From NCBI GenBank assembly GCA_038230375.1, contig JBBRNJ010000003.1, positions 96,001 to 160,000 on the forward strand: a stretch of DNA of 64,000 bases, in the 5' to 3' direction. A model generated the notes under the pieces. That model was not told the origin of the DNA, did not search any database, and worked only from the letters and a program-made list of their open reading frames with translations. Both the position numbers and the translations under genes were made by a program. Source of the DNA: Polyangiales bacterium (GTDB lineage: Bacteria > Myxococcota_A > Polyangia > Polyangiales > Polyangiaceae). Shown piece after piece: positions 18,285 through 28,072 of the stretch (the stretch's first letter is position 1; each line of letters starts with the position of its first letter).

Positions 18285-20069
18285 ATGGCGGACAACCTCG
18301 GCACGGTGAAGACGGTCCCGGACGCTTTCGAGCGCGCGAAGAAGCAGTTCGACGGTCGCGCGGCGCTCAAGGTGAAGCGCAACGGGAAGTGGCAGACGCT
18401 CACGTGGAGCGAGTACTACGAGGCATCGCGAAAGGTCGCGAAGGCGTTCATCAAGCTCGGTCTCAAACCGCATCAGGGCGTCGCCATCATCGGCTACAAC
18501 TCGCCCGAGTGGCTCATGGCGGACCTGGGGGCCATCCTCGCGGGCGGCGTGCCTGCAGGCATCTACACCACCAGCACCGCCGACCAGGCGCACTACATCG
18601 CGCACCACTCCGAGGCCGCCATCCTCGTCGCCGAGAACGACGAGCAGGTCCAGAAGTTCCTCTCCAAGACCGCGGAGCTTCCGCATCACCGCGCCATCGT
18701 GCAGATGAGCGGCACGCCCACGCATCCCAGCGTGCTCTCGTGGGAGAAGCTCATCGCGCTCGCGTCGGACGTGAAGGACGAGGAGCTGGAAGAGCGCATC
18801 GTCGCGCAGAAACCCAACGACACCGCCACGCTCATCTACACGTCGGGCACCACCGGTGAACCGAAGGCCGTGATGATCACGCACGAGAACATCGTGTGGA
18901 CCGCCGACGCGCTCGCGCACTCGCTGGGCTTCGGCTCGGACGACGTGGGCGTGAGCTACCTGCCGCTGTCGCACATCGCCGAGCAGATGCTCACCATCCA
19001 CGGCCCCATTCGCATGGGCGCGGCCATCGCGTTCTCGGAGAGCGTGGAGAAGCTCCCCGAGGCGCTCAAGGACATCCGCCCCACCTACTTCCTGGGCGTG
19101 CCGCGTGTCTGGGAAAAGATGCAGGGAAAGATGATGGCGGCCGGGGCGTCCGCGCCGCCGCTCCGCAAGAAGATCGCCGCGTGGGCGCGCGGTATCGGAC
19201 TGCGCGGCGGCTATGCGGACCAGAACCGCACGGGCCGGCCGCTGCTCTTCCCCCTGGCCGAGAAGCTGGTCTTCTCCAAGGTGCGCGAGCGCCTGGGCCT
19301 GGATCGCGCGCGGTTCTGCGTCACTGCGGCCGCCCCCATCTCGAAGGACACGCTGGAGTTCTTCCTCTCGCTCGGCATCCCCATCCTCGAGGTGTACGGC
19401 ATGAGCGAGTGCACCGGCCCCGCGACCTACTCACCGCCGGACGCCTACAAGACCGGGCTCTGCGGCGTGGTCATTCCCGGTGGGGAGCTCAAGATCGCGG
19501 AGGACGGTGAGGTCCTCATGCGCGGCCCCCATGTGTTCCGTGGATACTACAAGGATCCCGAATCCACGCGCGCCGCCCTGGACGAGGACGGGTGGCTCCA
19601 CTCCGGCGACATTGGCACCATCGACAAGGACGGCTACCTCCGCATCACCGACCGCAAGAAGGATCTCCTCATCACCGCTGGCGGCGAGAACATCGCCCCC
19701 CAGGTCATCGAGGGCATCCTCAAGTCCATCCCGATCATCGCGCAGGCGGTGGTCGTTGGTGACCGCCAGAAGTACCTCGGCGCGCTGGTCACGCTGGACG
19801 CGGAGCGGGTGGAAAAGGAGGCGCAGGAGATCGGCAGCCCCGCCAGGAACGTCGACCAGGCGGCCACGTGCCCCATATTCCGAGCCCACATCGAGGCGCA
19901 GATCAACCTGGTGAACGAGAAGCTCGCGCGCGTGCAGACCATCAAGAAATTCCAGGTGATCGCCGGGGAGTTCAGCATCGATGGCGGCGAGCTCACCCCG
20001 ACCATGAAGATCAAGCGGAAGGTCGTGAGCGAGAAGTACAAGGCTCAGATCGCGGCTCTCTATGCCTGA
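18285..20069 (+). CDS. Long-chain fatty acid--CoA ligase (AMP-dependent synthetase)
   Basis: IYTSGTTGEPK, YLPLSHIAE, YGMSE, SGDIG, ITDRKKD and ELTPTMKIKR. Confidence 0.95.
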   Translation: MADNLGTVKTVPDAFERAKKQFDGRAALKVKRNGKWQTLTWSEYYEASRKVAKAFIKLGLKPHQGVAIIGYNSPEWLMADLGAILAGGVPAGIYTTSTADQAHYIAHHSEAAILVAENDEQVQKFLSKTAELPHHRAIVQMSGTPTHPSVLSWEKLIALASDVKDEELEERIVAQKPNDTATLIYTSGTTGEPKAVMITHENIVWTADALAHSLGFGSDDVGVSYLPLSHIAEQMLTIHGPIRMGAAIAFSESVEKLPEALKDIRPTYFLGVPRVWEKMQGKMMAAGASAPPLRKKIAAWARGIGLRGGYADQNRTGRPLLFPLAEKLVFSKVRERLGLDRARFCVTAAAPISKDTLEFFLSLGIPILEVYGMSECTGPATYSPPDAYKTGLCGVVIPGGELKIAEDGEVLMRGPHVFRGYYKDPESTRAALDEDGWLHSGDIGTIDKDGYLRITDRKKDLLITAGGENIAPQVIEGILKSIPIIAQAVVVGDRQKYLGALVTLDAERVEKEAQEIGSPARNVDQAATCPIFRAHIEAQINLVNEKLARVQTIKKFQVIAGEFSIDGGELTPTMKIKRKVVSEKYKAQIAALYA

Positions 20070-20092
20070 TTCCCGTGCTATTCTGGGCGGCT

Positions 20093-22102
20093 GTGAACGG
20101 TGACGGAGACGTAGATTCGAAGGACGGGAGTGGCCCCGCGGATGACCGCGATCACCTCAAGATAGCCACGCCCGCGGACCCCGTGCGCCTCGTCCAGGGC
20201 AGCATCGTGGGCGGCGTCGGCGCGGCGCAGCTGCGTCGCGGTGACAAGACGCGCATCGGCGACATCCTCGTCAAGAACGGGGACATCTCGCAGGAGACGC
20301 TCGACAAGGCGCTCGGGATCCAGGAGGAGCGCGGCGGCCAGCTCGGTCGCATCTTCGTGACCACAGGCGCGTGCTCGGAGGCGGCGATCGCGCGCGCGCT
20401 CCTGTCGCAGATCAAGCTGCGTCGCAAACACGGCGGCCTGGATGCATCGCTCGCCGCGCGCGAGAACCCGGACGTCGCTGGCATCCGTGTCCTCACGCGG
20501 CCCGTCGCCACGTCGCTCACGCTGATCGGCGTGGACCTTGCCAGCCTCTTCCTGTCGGCGGGCCTGGGCTTCCTCGTCCACCGCATCATCCGCGGTGAGC
20601 AGCACTTCACCGAGCTCTACGTCATCATCCCGATCATCGTGCTGTGCATGTTCGTGTACGGCTTCATGGAGCTCTACTCGCCCATCGCGCAGAGCACCCC
20701 GGACGAGCTCCGCATCATCACCCTCTCCACCACGCTCGTGCACCTGGCCTTCGGCGCCATGGCGCTCACGGGCAACCTGCCCGTCACGCGCTGGGGTTAC
20801 TACGAGCGAATCACCTGGTGGTTCACATCACTGCTGATCGTGCCCGTCGTGCGCGCCCTCGCACGCTCGTACCTGTCCAAGTTCCCGTGGTGGGGAATCC
20901 CCGTCATCGTGCTGGGAGCCGCAAAAACAGGCCGTTTGGTGGTGCGCACCCTGAAGGCCCAGCCGCGGAACGGCATCAAGCCCATCGCGCTCCTGGATGA
21001 TGATCCCGCCAAGCAAGGCACGCTGCGCGCGAGCTTCACGAACGAGATGGTCGACCTCCGCTCCATGAGCATCTCCGCCTCGCACTTCATGACGGAGTCC
21101 ACGCGCCAGGCCCTCGCCGACGAGCTGCTCGGCCCCGACAGCACCGAGACCCCGCTCCACACGCCAATACCCCCGCCCGATCGCGACAGCGGCGGTCACC
21201 GCCTCTCCACGTTCTTCCCGCGCGGCAAGTTCGCCGAGGTCGAGGGCGTCCCCGTCATCGGCGATCTCGCGCTCGCGCCCGTGCTCGCAGAGCGCCTCAA
21301 GGTGCCGTACGCGATCGTCGCGATGCCCGGCCTGGACTCGCTGAAGCTGCTCGGCATCGTGGAGCGCGTCGGCGGCAAGTTCAGCCACCTCCTGGTCATC
21401 CCGGACCTCTTCGGCTTCGCCACGCTCGGTGTCCCCGCCAAGAGCCTTGGCGGCATCCTGGGCGTAGAGGTGCGGCAGCAGCTGCTCCTTCCGTGGCCGC
21501 GCGTCCTGAAGCGCATGATCGATGTCGCGCTCACGTCGTTCGGGTTCCTCTTCGTGCTCCCGTTCCTGACGCTCATCGCGATCCTGGTGAAGCTCGACTC
21601 CAAGGGGCCCGTCTTCTACTTCCAGCGCCGGCTCGGTCGCGATGGTGAGCACTTCATGGCGGCGAAGTTCCGCACGATGCACGGCGACGGCGAGTCGCGC
21701 CTCCGTAGCGTCCTGGAGGCAGACCCCGCGCTGCGCGCCGAGTACGAGATCTACCACAAGCTCCGGAAGGACCCGCGCGTCACCCGGTTCGGTCGGGTCC
21801 TCCGCAAGTTCAGCCTGGATGAGTTCCCCCAGCTCTGGAGCGTGGTCAAGGGCGACATGAGCCTCGTCGGGCCGCGCCCCTACATCGAGCGTGAGCTCCC
21901 CGACATGCAAGGCCAGGAGAAGATCATCCTGCGCGCCACACCTGGGATGACCGGCATGTGGCAGGTGAGCGATCGCAGCGCAGCATCATTCGCGTGGCGC
22001 GTGCAGGTGGACGTACACTACGTACGTAACTGGTCGCCCTGGCTCGACATGTACATCTTGGCGAAGACCATCGGCGTCGTCCTCAAAGGCTCAGGAGTCT
22101 GA
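20093..22102 (+). CDS. wbaP: Undecaprenyl-phosphate sugar-1-phosphate transferase (WbaP/WcaJ family) with N-terminal MshEN-like domain
   Basis: [49 protein letters not shown] and D..YV.NWS.WLD. N-terminal [10 protein letters not shown]...L..AL..Q tandem motif. Confidence 0.9.
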   Translation: MNGDGDVDSKDGSGPADDRDHLKIATPADPVRLVQGSIVGGVGAAQLRRGDKTRIGDILVKNGDISQETLDKALGIQEERGGQLGRIFVTTGACSEAAIARALLSQIKLRRKHGGLDASLAARENPDVAGIRVLTRPVATSLTLIGVDLASLFLSAGLGFLVHRIIRGEQHFTELYVIIPIIVLCMFVYGFMELYSPIAQSTPDELRIITLSTTLVHLAFGAMALTGNLPVTRWGYYERITWWFTSLLIVPVVRALARSYLSKFPWWGIPVIVLGAAKTGRLVVRTLKAQPRNGIKPIALLDDDPAKQGTLRASFTNEMVDLRSMSISASHFMTESTRQALADELLGPDSTETPLHTPIPPPDRDSGGHRLSTFFPRGKFAEVEGVPVIGDLALAPVLAERLKVPYAIVAMPGLDSLKLLGIVERVGGKFSHLLVIPDLFGFATLGVPAKSLGGILGVEVRQQLLLPWPRVLKRMIDVALTSFGFLFVLPFLTLIAILVKLDSKGPVFYFQRRLGRDGEHFMAAKFRTMHGDGESRLRSVLEADPALRAEYEIYHKLRKDPRVTRFGRVLRKFSLDEFPQLWSVVKGDMSLVGPRPYIERELPDMQGQEKIILRATPGMTGMWQVSDRSAASFAWRVQVDVHYVRNWSPWLDMYILAKTIGVVLKGSGV

Positions 22103-22103
22103 C

Positions 22104-22679
22104 ATGGGGCTCATTTCGAAGATGGTGACGGACGCTCTGGAGCTCTCGCGCTCCATGGCGAAGCACACGAAGGGCAAAGATCCGGAGCCCACGCTGAAGG
22201 ACGGCGCGCGCGCCGCGGCCATGCTCGACGGCTACAAGGTGCTCGCCATGTGTCGCATGCGCGAGAGCGCGCGCGCGTCGCATTTCTTCCCCGGCATGAA
22301 CCACATGCTGCGGCTCGCCTCCACCGTGCTCTACGGCATCGAGATCGGCAATGACGTCGTCTTCGGCGAGGGCGTGCACTTCGCGCACACGCTCGGCATC
22401 GTCATTGGCGGCAACTCGAAGATCGGTGACCGCGTGAAGTTCCTGGGCAACAACACCATAGGCACCGCCAAGGACAATGGCTTCCCGGTGCTCGAAGAGG
22501 ACGTGGTCGTCGGCTGCGGTGCGCGCGTGCTCGGCCCCATCCGCGTGGGCGCGCGCAGCATCATCGGCGCGAACGCCGTGGTCCTCACGGACGTGCCGCC
22601 GGACAGCGTGGTCACGGGCATCCCGGGCCGCATCCATCCGCAACGCCGCGTAGACGGCGAAAAATCCCGCGCCAACTAG
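22104..22679 (+). CDS. Serine O-acetyltransferase-like hexapeptide acetyltransferase (WcaB/CysE-like)
   Basis: GIEIG, H..GIVIG and hexapeptide repeats, then GARVLGPI.VG..IIGANAVVL.DVP..VVTGIPG. Confidence 0.85.
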   Translation: MGLISKMVTDALELSRSMAKHTKGKDPEPTLKDGARAAAMLDGYKVLAMCRMRESARASHFFPGMNHMLRLASTVLYGIEIGNDVVFGEGVHFAHTLGIVIGGNSKIGDRVKFLGNNTIGTAKDNGFPVLEEDVVVGCGARVLGPIRVGARSIIGANAVVLTDVPPDSVVTGIPGRIHPQRRVDGEKSRAN

Positions 22680-22706
22680 GCCTCCGAGAAGGGTCTCCGG
22701 GAAGCA

Positions 22707-23330
22707 ATGGGCGCTGAGCGCGAGGTCACACTCAAGGTCGGTCGCGAGCTGGTCGTCGGAAGCGCGCAGCTCGAGGGCGCGGAGATCATCGTCCGCCCGG
22801 AGCCGAAGGCGAAGCGGATCATCATCAAGCTGGCCGGCGCGACCGTGTTCGCCAAGGGAAACGATCTGCACGTGACCAGCAGTGGCAGCAGCGGCAAGAA
22901 GTTCGTGCTCACGCTCGGCGAGAAGCACGCCACGGCGTGGGCCGCCGCGATCAAGAACCCAAAATCGGTCCTGTCAAAGCTGGGCGTGGACAAGGTGAAA
23001 ACCCTACGAATCGTGGGCGATCCGGCGTCCGCGAGCTTCGAGGCCGACATCGCGAAGCTCGAAGGTCTCACGCTCGAGAAGAGCGGCGACGCATGGGACG
23101 CCTGCCTGCTCTTCATCACGAAGAACGCTGAGCTGTCGAAGCTGGCGTCGCTGGTGAAGCCCCTGACCGCGCCCCGCACCTTCGTGTGGGTTGTCTACGC
23201 GAAGGGCAAAACAGACCCGCGCGAGGCGGACGTGCGGGCCGCGGGCTTGGCGCTGGGGATCGTGGACGTGAAGGTCGCGAGCTTCTCGGAAACCCACACC
23301 GCGCTGAAGTTCACAGCAAGACGCAAGTAG
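22707..23330 (+). CDS. Hypothetical protein (DUF3052-like C-terminus)
   Basis: WVVYAKG...E.DVR..GL..GIVDVKVASFS..HTALKF pattern. Confidence 0.6.
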   Translation: MGAEREVTLKVGRELVVGSAQLEGAEIIVRPEPKAKRIIIKLAGATVFAKGNDLHVTSSGSSGKKFVLTLGEKHATAWAAAIKNPKSVLSKLGVDKVKTLRIVGDPASASFEADIAKLEGLTLEKSGDAWDACLLFITKNAELSKLASLVKPLTAPRTFVWVVYAKGKTDPREADVRAAGLALGIVDVKVASFSETHTALKFTARRK

Positions 23331-23360
23331 GCAAACGCGAACGACGAGCGGACGTACGTC

Positions 23361-24881
23361 CTAGAGGGCGTCGTCGATCGTGTCGGCGATGGTTTGTACG
23401 ATGCGGACGCGGGCGAGGTGCTTGTCGTTGGCTTCCACCACGTGCCACGGGTCCACGCCGGAGGTGCGCGCGATCATGTCGCAAGCGGCGGCCTCGTACG
23501 CGTCCCACTTCTTGCGGTTGCGCCAGTCGTCCTCCGTGATCTTGAAGCGCTTGAAGCGGGTGTGCTCTCGCTCCTTGAAGCGGCGGAGCTGCTCGTCCTT
23601 CGAGACCGCCAGCCAGAACTTCACGACCACGATGCCGTGGTCGTTCATGTCGCGCTCGAAGCTCTCGATCTCGTGATACGCGCGCTGCCATTCGTCCGTG
23701 CGCGCGAAGCCTTCGACGCGCTCGACCAGTACCCGTCCGTACCAGGACCGGTCGAAGATGGTGAACTTGCCGCGCGCAGGCAGATTGTTCCAGAAGCGCC
23801 ACAGGTAAGGGTACGAGCGCTCCTCGCTGGTGGGCGCTGCAATGGGGATGACGTGGTACTGGCGCGCGTCGAGCGCCGCGGTGACCCGGCGGATCGCGCC
23901 GCCCTTTCCCGCTGCGTCGTTGCCTTCGAACACGACGACACACGCGCGCTTCTTCGCGAACGTGAGGTCTCGCGAGAGCTGGTTCAGGTGGCGCTGCGCC
24001 TTCTCCATCTTCACGTTGTAGTGCTCCTTCGAGAGCCGCCCCTCGAAGGTCAGTCCACGCAAGAGCGACAGGTGCTCGGAGGTCGGTGCGGCCACGGCGC
24101 GGGTCTTCTTCGACCGAGCCACCGCCTTTGTCGCGGAGGGCGCGGCTGTCTTCGCGCGCGCGGAGTCGTCCTCTGCGAGCTTGCGGCGCATCGCGGAGAG
24201 GAGGAGCTCACCGACCTCGAGCGAGCGCCTGTTCGCGTTGAAGCCGTTGATGATGTGCCACGGCGCGACGCTCGTATGACGGAGCACGTGCTCGGACACC
24301 TTCGTGTAGCTGTCGTAGTCCTTGAAGCGCTGCCAATCGCGCGGCGTCACGCGCCAGCTCGTGCGCTTGTCCTTCTCCAGCGTGTGGAGGCGCTTGTACT
24401 GGGCCTTCTTTCCGAGGTGGAACCAGAACTTCAGGAGCAGCCCGCCATCCTTTTCGAGAAGGTCTTCGAGGGCCACGATGCGCTCGATCTGTTTGTCGAG
24501 CCGCGCGGCCGTCATGGTCTTCTCCACGCGCGCGACGATCGGATGCGTGTACCAGTTGCCGAAGAGCACACCGATGCGCCCCTTTGCCGGCTGCGCACGC
24601 CAGAAGCGCCACATCTCCGGGCGCGCGCGCTCCTGTTCCGTGGGGCCGCCGAACGCGAACGCCTGGATGTGACGCGGGTCCATCCACTCATGGAGCAGGT
24701 TGGCGGTCTCACCCTTGCCCGCGCCCTCGACCCCGTTGATGAGGACGATGACGGGAAACGTCTTCCGCGCGAGCACGTCGTACTGGACGTCCAGGAGGTC
24801 TGCGCGCAGCTTGGCGACCCTGCGGTCGTACGTGGCGTCGTCGACGGTGTCTTTGGACTCGAATGCGTCGAAGAGGCTCAT
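23361..24881 (-). CDS. pap: Polyphosphate:AMP phosphotransferase (two-domain PPK2)
   Basis: Two PPK2 domains: NGVEGAGKG/WMDPR/WRFWR and FEGNDAAGKGG/FDRSWYGRVLVERVEG/KITEDDWRNR. Confidence 0.93.
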   Translation of the reverse strand: MSLFDAFESKDTVDDATYDRRVAKLRADLLDVQYDVLARKTFPVIVLINGVEGAGKGETANLLHEWMDPRHIQAFAFGGPTEQERARPEMWRFWRAQPAKGRIGVLFGNWYTHPIVARVEKTMTAARLDKQIERIVALEDLLEKDGGLLLKFWFHLGKKAQYKRLHTLEKDKRTSWRVTPRDWQRFKDYDSYTKVSEHVLRHTSVAPWHIINGFNANRRSLEVGELLLSAMRRKLAEDDSARAKTAAPSATKAVARSKKTRAVAAPTSEHLSLLRGLTFEGRLSKEHYNVKMEKAQRHLNQLSRDLTFAKKRACVVVFEGNDAAGKGGAIRRVTAALDARQYHVIPIAAPTSEERSYPYLWRFWNNLPARGKFTIFDRSWYGRVLVERVEGFARTDEWQRAYHEIESFERDMNDHGIVVVKFWLAVSKDEQLRRFKEREHTRFKRFKITEDDWRNRKKWDAYEAAACDMIARTSGVDPWHVVEANDKHLARVRIVQTIADTIDDAL

Positions 24882-24911
24882 GAACCGGTCATATCATCGT
24901 ATTCTTCGAGG

Positions 24912-25349
24912 ATGGCGACGTTTGGAGACGAGCTCGAACGAGCACGCGAGTTCGCGCAGAGACTGCGCGAGCTGGACGGGCAGCGTGGCGGGCTCGAGTT
25001 CGACGAGGACCACGGCGGCCCGCTAGGACCCACCTCGCGCGTGCACCTGGAGCGCGTGCGCAACGAGCAGGCGGACCTGGGTGACAAGCTGCTGGCCTTC
25101 TTTGCGCGCGCCGAGGCGACGCATCAGGCCGCGTTCAGGATCTACCTCGCAGAGTCAGCCGAGCGCCTGCGCGTGCTCGCGGGCTCCAAGGACGGAGATC
25201 GCTTCGCGGCCGGCGATGCCCTCACCACGTGGGACAGGTGGCTGAGGCATGAAGAGACCGAGAACCTTGCCATGTGCTTCGCGAAGGGCGAGCACATGTT
25301 GAAGAAGAACGGAGAGACGATCGATGCGCTGCTGGAGCAGAGCAGGTAG
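24912..25349 (+). CDS. Hypothetical protein
   Basis: ATG after GAGG; host-like codon usage; fills the gap between flanking genes. Confidence 0.55.
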   Translation: MATFGDELERAREFAQRLRELDGQRGGLEFDEDHGGPLGPTSRVHLERVRNEQADLGDKLLAFFARAEATHQAAFRIYLAESAERLRVLAGSKDGDRFAAGDALTTWDRWLRHEETENLAMCFAKGEHMLKKNGETIDALLEQSR

Positions 25350-25366
25350 CTGCCAACGGCGAGGCG

Positions 25367-26107
25367 TCAGTACAGGTCGAAGAACACGCCCACTCCGAGG
25401 ACCGCTGAAGCCTGCAGGATCCCCGCTCCGGCGGACGTGGTCGTGCCCCCGGCCGAGACCGCGTGGTTCCCACCAATGCTGAAGACGAAATCCGGCGACG
25501 CGCGCGCGAAGAACGTCTCGTTGAACCGGTAGATGAAGCCCACGTCCAGATCCACCACGACACCCGAGAACGAGTCGATGAGCGGAACGTCCGCCGTGCC
25601 AAGGTTCGTTTCGCCGCGCGCATAGCCAAGGCCGGCGCGGGGCCAGATCGAGAAGCGGTCGTTGATGGAGAACAGATAGCCCACGCGCGGAAGGATGGAG
25701 AACGTCGTAGTTCCCTTCAGGGTCACGCTCTGCGTCGTGCTGTCGTTGCGCACGACGTCGGCGGTTCCCCACGTATTCGCGTACTCCACCAGCAGGCCCA
25801 CCGACAGGTGATCGATCACGAAGAGGTCCGCGGACGGCGTGAGCCAGAACGTATTCACGTTCGTCGTGGAGTCCGTGTTGGAGTTGAACGAGTGCTCGGA
25901 GAACTGCCTGTGCGAGAACCCGAGCGGGCCCGCATAGCTGAGGCCGTTGACCATGCTCGCGCGGAAGCCGGAGATCTGATCGATCGCGAGCGTGCCCTTC
26001 TCGCCCGCGGGGACGAGCAGCTCTCGTGCTGCATGGGCATCCGCCGCGCCGAGGAGGGTGCACAACGTGAGGGACAACGAGACGGCTCTCTTGGAATGGC
26101 GGCGCAT
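25367..26107 (-). CDS. Outer-membrane beta-barrel protein
   Basis: Signal peptide (AHA); alternating beta-strands (SILPRVGY, SIWPRAGLGY); aromatic C-terminus. Confidence 0.7.
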   Translation of the reverse strand: MRRHSKRAVSLSLTLCTLLGAADAHAARELLVPAGEKGTLAIDQISGFRASMVNGLSYAGPLGFSHRQFSEHSFNSNTDSTTNVNTFWLTPSADLFVIDHLSVGLLVEYANTWGTADVVRNDSTTQSVTLKGTTTFSILPRVGYLFSINDRFSIWPRAGLGYARGETNLGTADVPLIDSFSGVVVDLDVGFIYRFNETFFARASPDFVFSIGGNHAVSAGGTTTSAGAGILQASAVLGVGVFFDLY

Positions 26108-26172
26108 GTGCGCATGATACGAGATTCGCACGTGGCTTGCGCCGGAGCCGTTTGCCGTGTCAAAAGGAGAGC

Positions 26173-27015
26173 GTGTCCGACCCCACCTTCATCAGCTTCG
26201 CTGGCACCGAGTCCTACCTCACGAACGACGCGCTGAGCTCCGCCGTGAACTGCGCGCTCGCGCTCGAGAAGCCGCTGCTGGTGAAAGGGGAGCCCGGCAC
26301 CGGCAAGACGCTCCTCGCAGAGGCCATCGCGGAGACGCTGCAGACAGAGCTGATTCACTGGCCTGTGAAGAGCACCACGCGCGCGCAGGACGGCCTCTAC
26401 CTGTACGACACCGTGCAGCGCCTCTACGACTCGCGCTTTGGGGACGGGGATGTGAAGGACATCCGTCACTACATCAAGCTCGGGCCGCTCGGCCGCGCGT
26501 TTGCTTCCACCAAGCGGATCGTTCTTCTCATCGACGAGGTCGACAAGGCCGACCTGGAGTTCCCGAACGACCTGCTCCACGAGTTGGATCGCATGCAGTT
26601 CGTCATTGGCGAGACCGGCGACGAGATCAAGGCGAAGGATCGCCCGGTCGTCATCATCACGTCCAACAACGAGAAGGAGCTCCCGGACGCGTTCTTGCGC
26701 CGCTGCGTGTTCCACTTCATCGACTTCCCCGAGCCGGAGCTGATGAAGCGCATCGTGAAGGTGCACCACCCCCAGATCGATCAACACCTGGTGGATCAGG
26801 CGGTCGTCACGTTCTACGAGCTGCGCGCACTACCGCGCATTCGCAAGCGCCCGAGCACCAGCGAGCTCGTCGACTGGATCAGCGTGCTCAAGCGCGCGAA
26901 CGTCGGCAACGACCGCTTCATTCGCGAGCTGCCGTTCCTGGGCGTGCTCCTCAAGAAGGAGCAGGACGTGGAGCTGGTCGCGCAAGCCAAGCGCAGCGGC
27001 GCCTGGAAGTCCTAG
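26173..27015 (+). CDS. MoxR-family AAA+ ATPase
   Basis: GEPGTGKT, LLIDEVDKAD.EFPNDLL and ITSNNEKELPDAFLRRC. AGGAG RBS. Confidence 0.93.
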   Translation: MSDPTFISFAGTESYLTNDALSSAVNCALALEKPLLVKGEPGTGKTLLAEAIAETLQTELIHWPVKSTTRAQDGLYLYDTVQRLYDSRFGDGDVKDIRHYIKLGPLGRAFASTKRIVLLIDEVDKADLEFPNDLLHELDRMQFVIGETGDEIKAKDRPVVIITSNNEKELPDAFLRRCVFHFIDFPEPELMKRIVKVHHPQIDQHLVDQAVVTFYELRALPRIRKRPSTSELVDWISVLKRANVGNDRFIRELPFLGVLLKKEQDVELVAQAKRSGAWKS

Positions 27016-27038
27016 CCGGAGCGCGCGGTCCCGTTCTC

Positions 27039-28010
27039 TCAGAACCTGAACCCGGTCGTGGAGACCTGCCCTGGTTCGATCGAGCCCTTGCCCGGAGACC
27101 GCTCCGTTGTCAGCGCGATCCCGGTGGCAACACCGCCTGCGACCACCAGGCCGATGCCCGTCCAGAACCACCACTTCTTGTAGATGGGCGTCTCTGCCTC
27201 CATCGACAGGTCGAGCTGCTTCGTGTCGCCCGCGGCGACGACAGCGGTGGAGTCGGTCGCCTTGTAGCCCTCGTGCGAGAGATGAACACGATGCGTCCCA
27301 GGCATCACCGGCGTCTCCGTGGGGACCATGCCAAACGCGATGCCATCCACGGTGACGAGCGAGCCCGACACCGGCGAGCGCACGACCAGCACGGCGCGCT
27401 CCGCCTTGGAGAGCAGCGTGAAGTCGAGCACCGTGGTCTGGCCGCCGCCGAGCGCGAGCTCACGCTCGATGGGAAAGTAGCCTTCCCTCTGGATCTTGAT
27501 GGTGGTCTTGCCTGCGTTCAACAGGAACCGCTTCTGCGACGCAGTGCCAAGCACGTGATCGCCCGAGCGTACCTCCGCGTCCTCCGGGCGGACGTGCAGC
27601 TCCAGCACGGACACGCGCGAGCGCAGATCCGCGAGCAGCTTTGGCAAGCCGACGACCTTCAGCTTCAGCTCGGGTGAGGCCTTTGCGTCGAACTCCTCTT
27701 GCGCGGCGAGCGCCTCCGGAAAATCACCGAGCGCCTCGAGCGCGCGCCCCTTGTTGTAGAGGAGCGCTGGATCCTGCGTGAGCCCGTACGCCTCTGCGTA
27801 GAGCGCGAGCGCCTGCTGGTAGCGCAGGCCGTCCATCGCCTTGTTGCCCTGCTCCTTCAGCTGCGCGGCCTTCGCTGCGGCCTCTGGCGTGGGCTCTGCG
27901 TACGCCACGCGTGCACCGCCGACGCAGAGCACCAGCCACGTGAGGAGAATGCATCCGAACGAACGAGAGATCGCGGCAGAGTTGCGCATCGCGCGCGGAC
28001 CGATGTCCAT
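27039..28010 (-). CDS. TPR + PEGA domain protein
   Basis: Signal peptide; TPR (LLYNKGRALEALG); two PEGA-like units (VTVDG...G..P....PGTHRV.L..EGY); PIYKKWWFW TM tail. Confidence 0.8.
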   Translation of the reverse strand: MDIGPRAMRNSAAISRSFGCILLTWLVLCVGGARVAYAEPTPEAAAKAAQLKEQGNKAMDGLRYQQALALYAEAYGLTQDPALLYNKGRALEALGDFPEALAAQEEFDAKASPELKLKVVGLPKLLADLRSRVSVLELHVRPEDAEVRSGDHVLGTASQKRFLLNAGKTTIKIQREGYFPIERELALGGGQTTVLDFTLLSKAERAVLVVRSPVSGSLVTVDGIAFGMVPTETPVMPGTHRVHLSHEGYKATDSTAVVAAGDTKQLDLSMEAETPIYKKWWFWTGIGLVVAGGVATGIALTTERSPGKGSIEPGQVSTTGFRF

Positions 28011-28072
28011 GGGGGCATCATACACCGCCGTCGTCGTGGTCAGCACCTCCTCCGTGCGATACACTGATCTGG

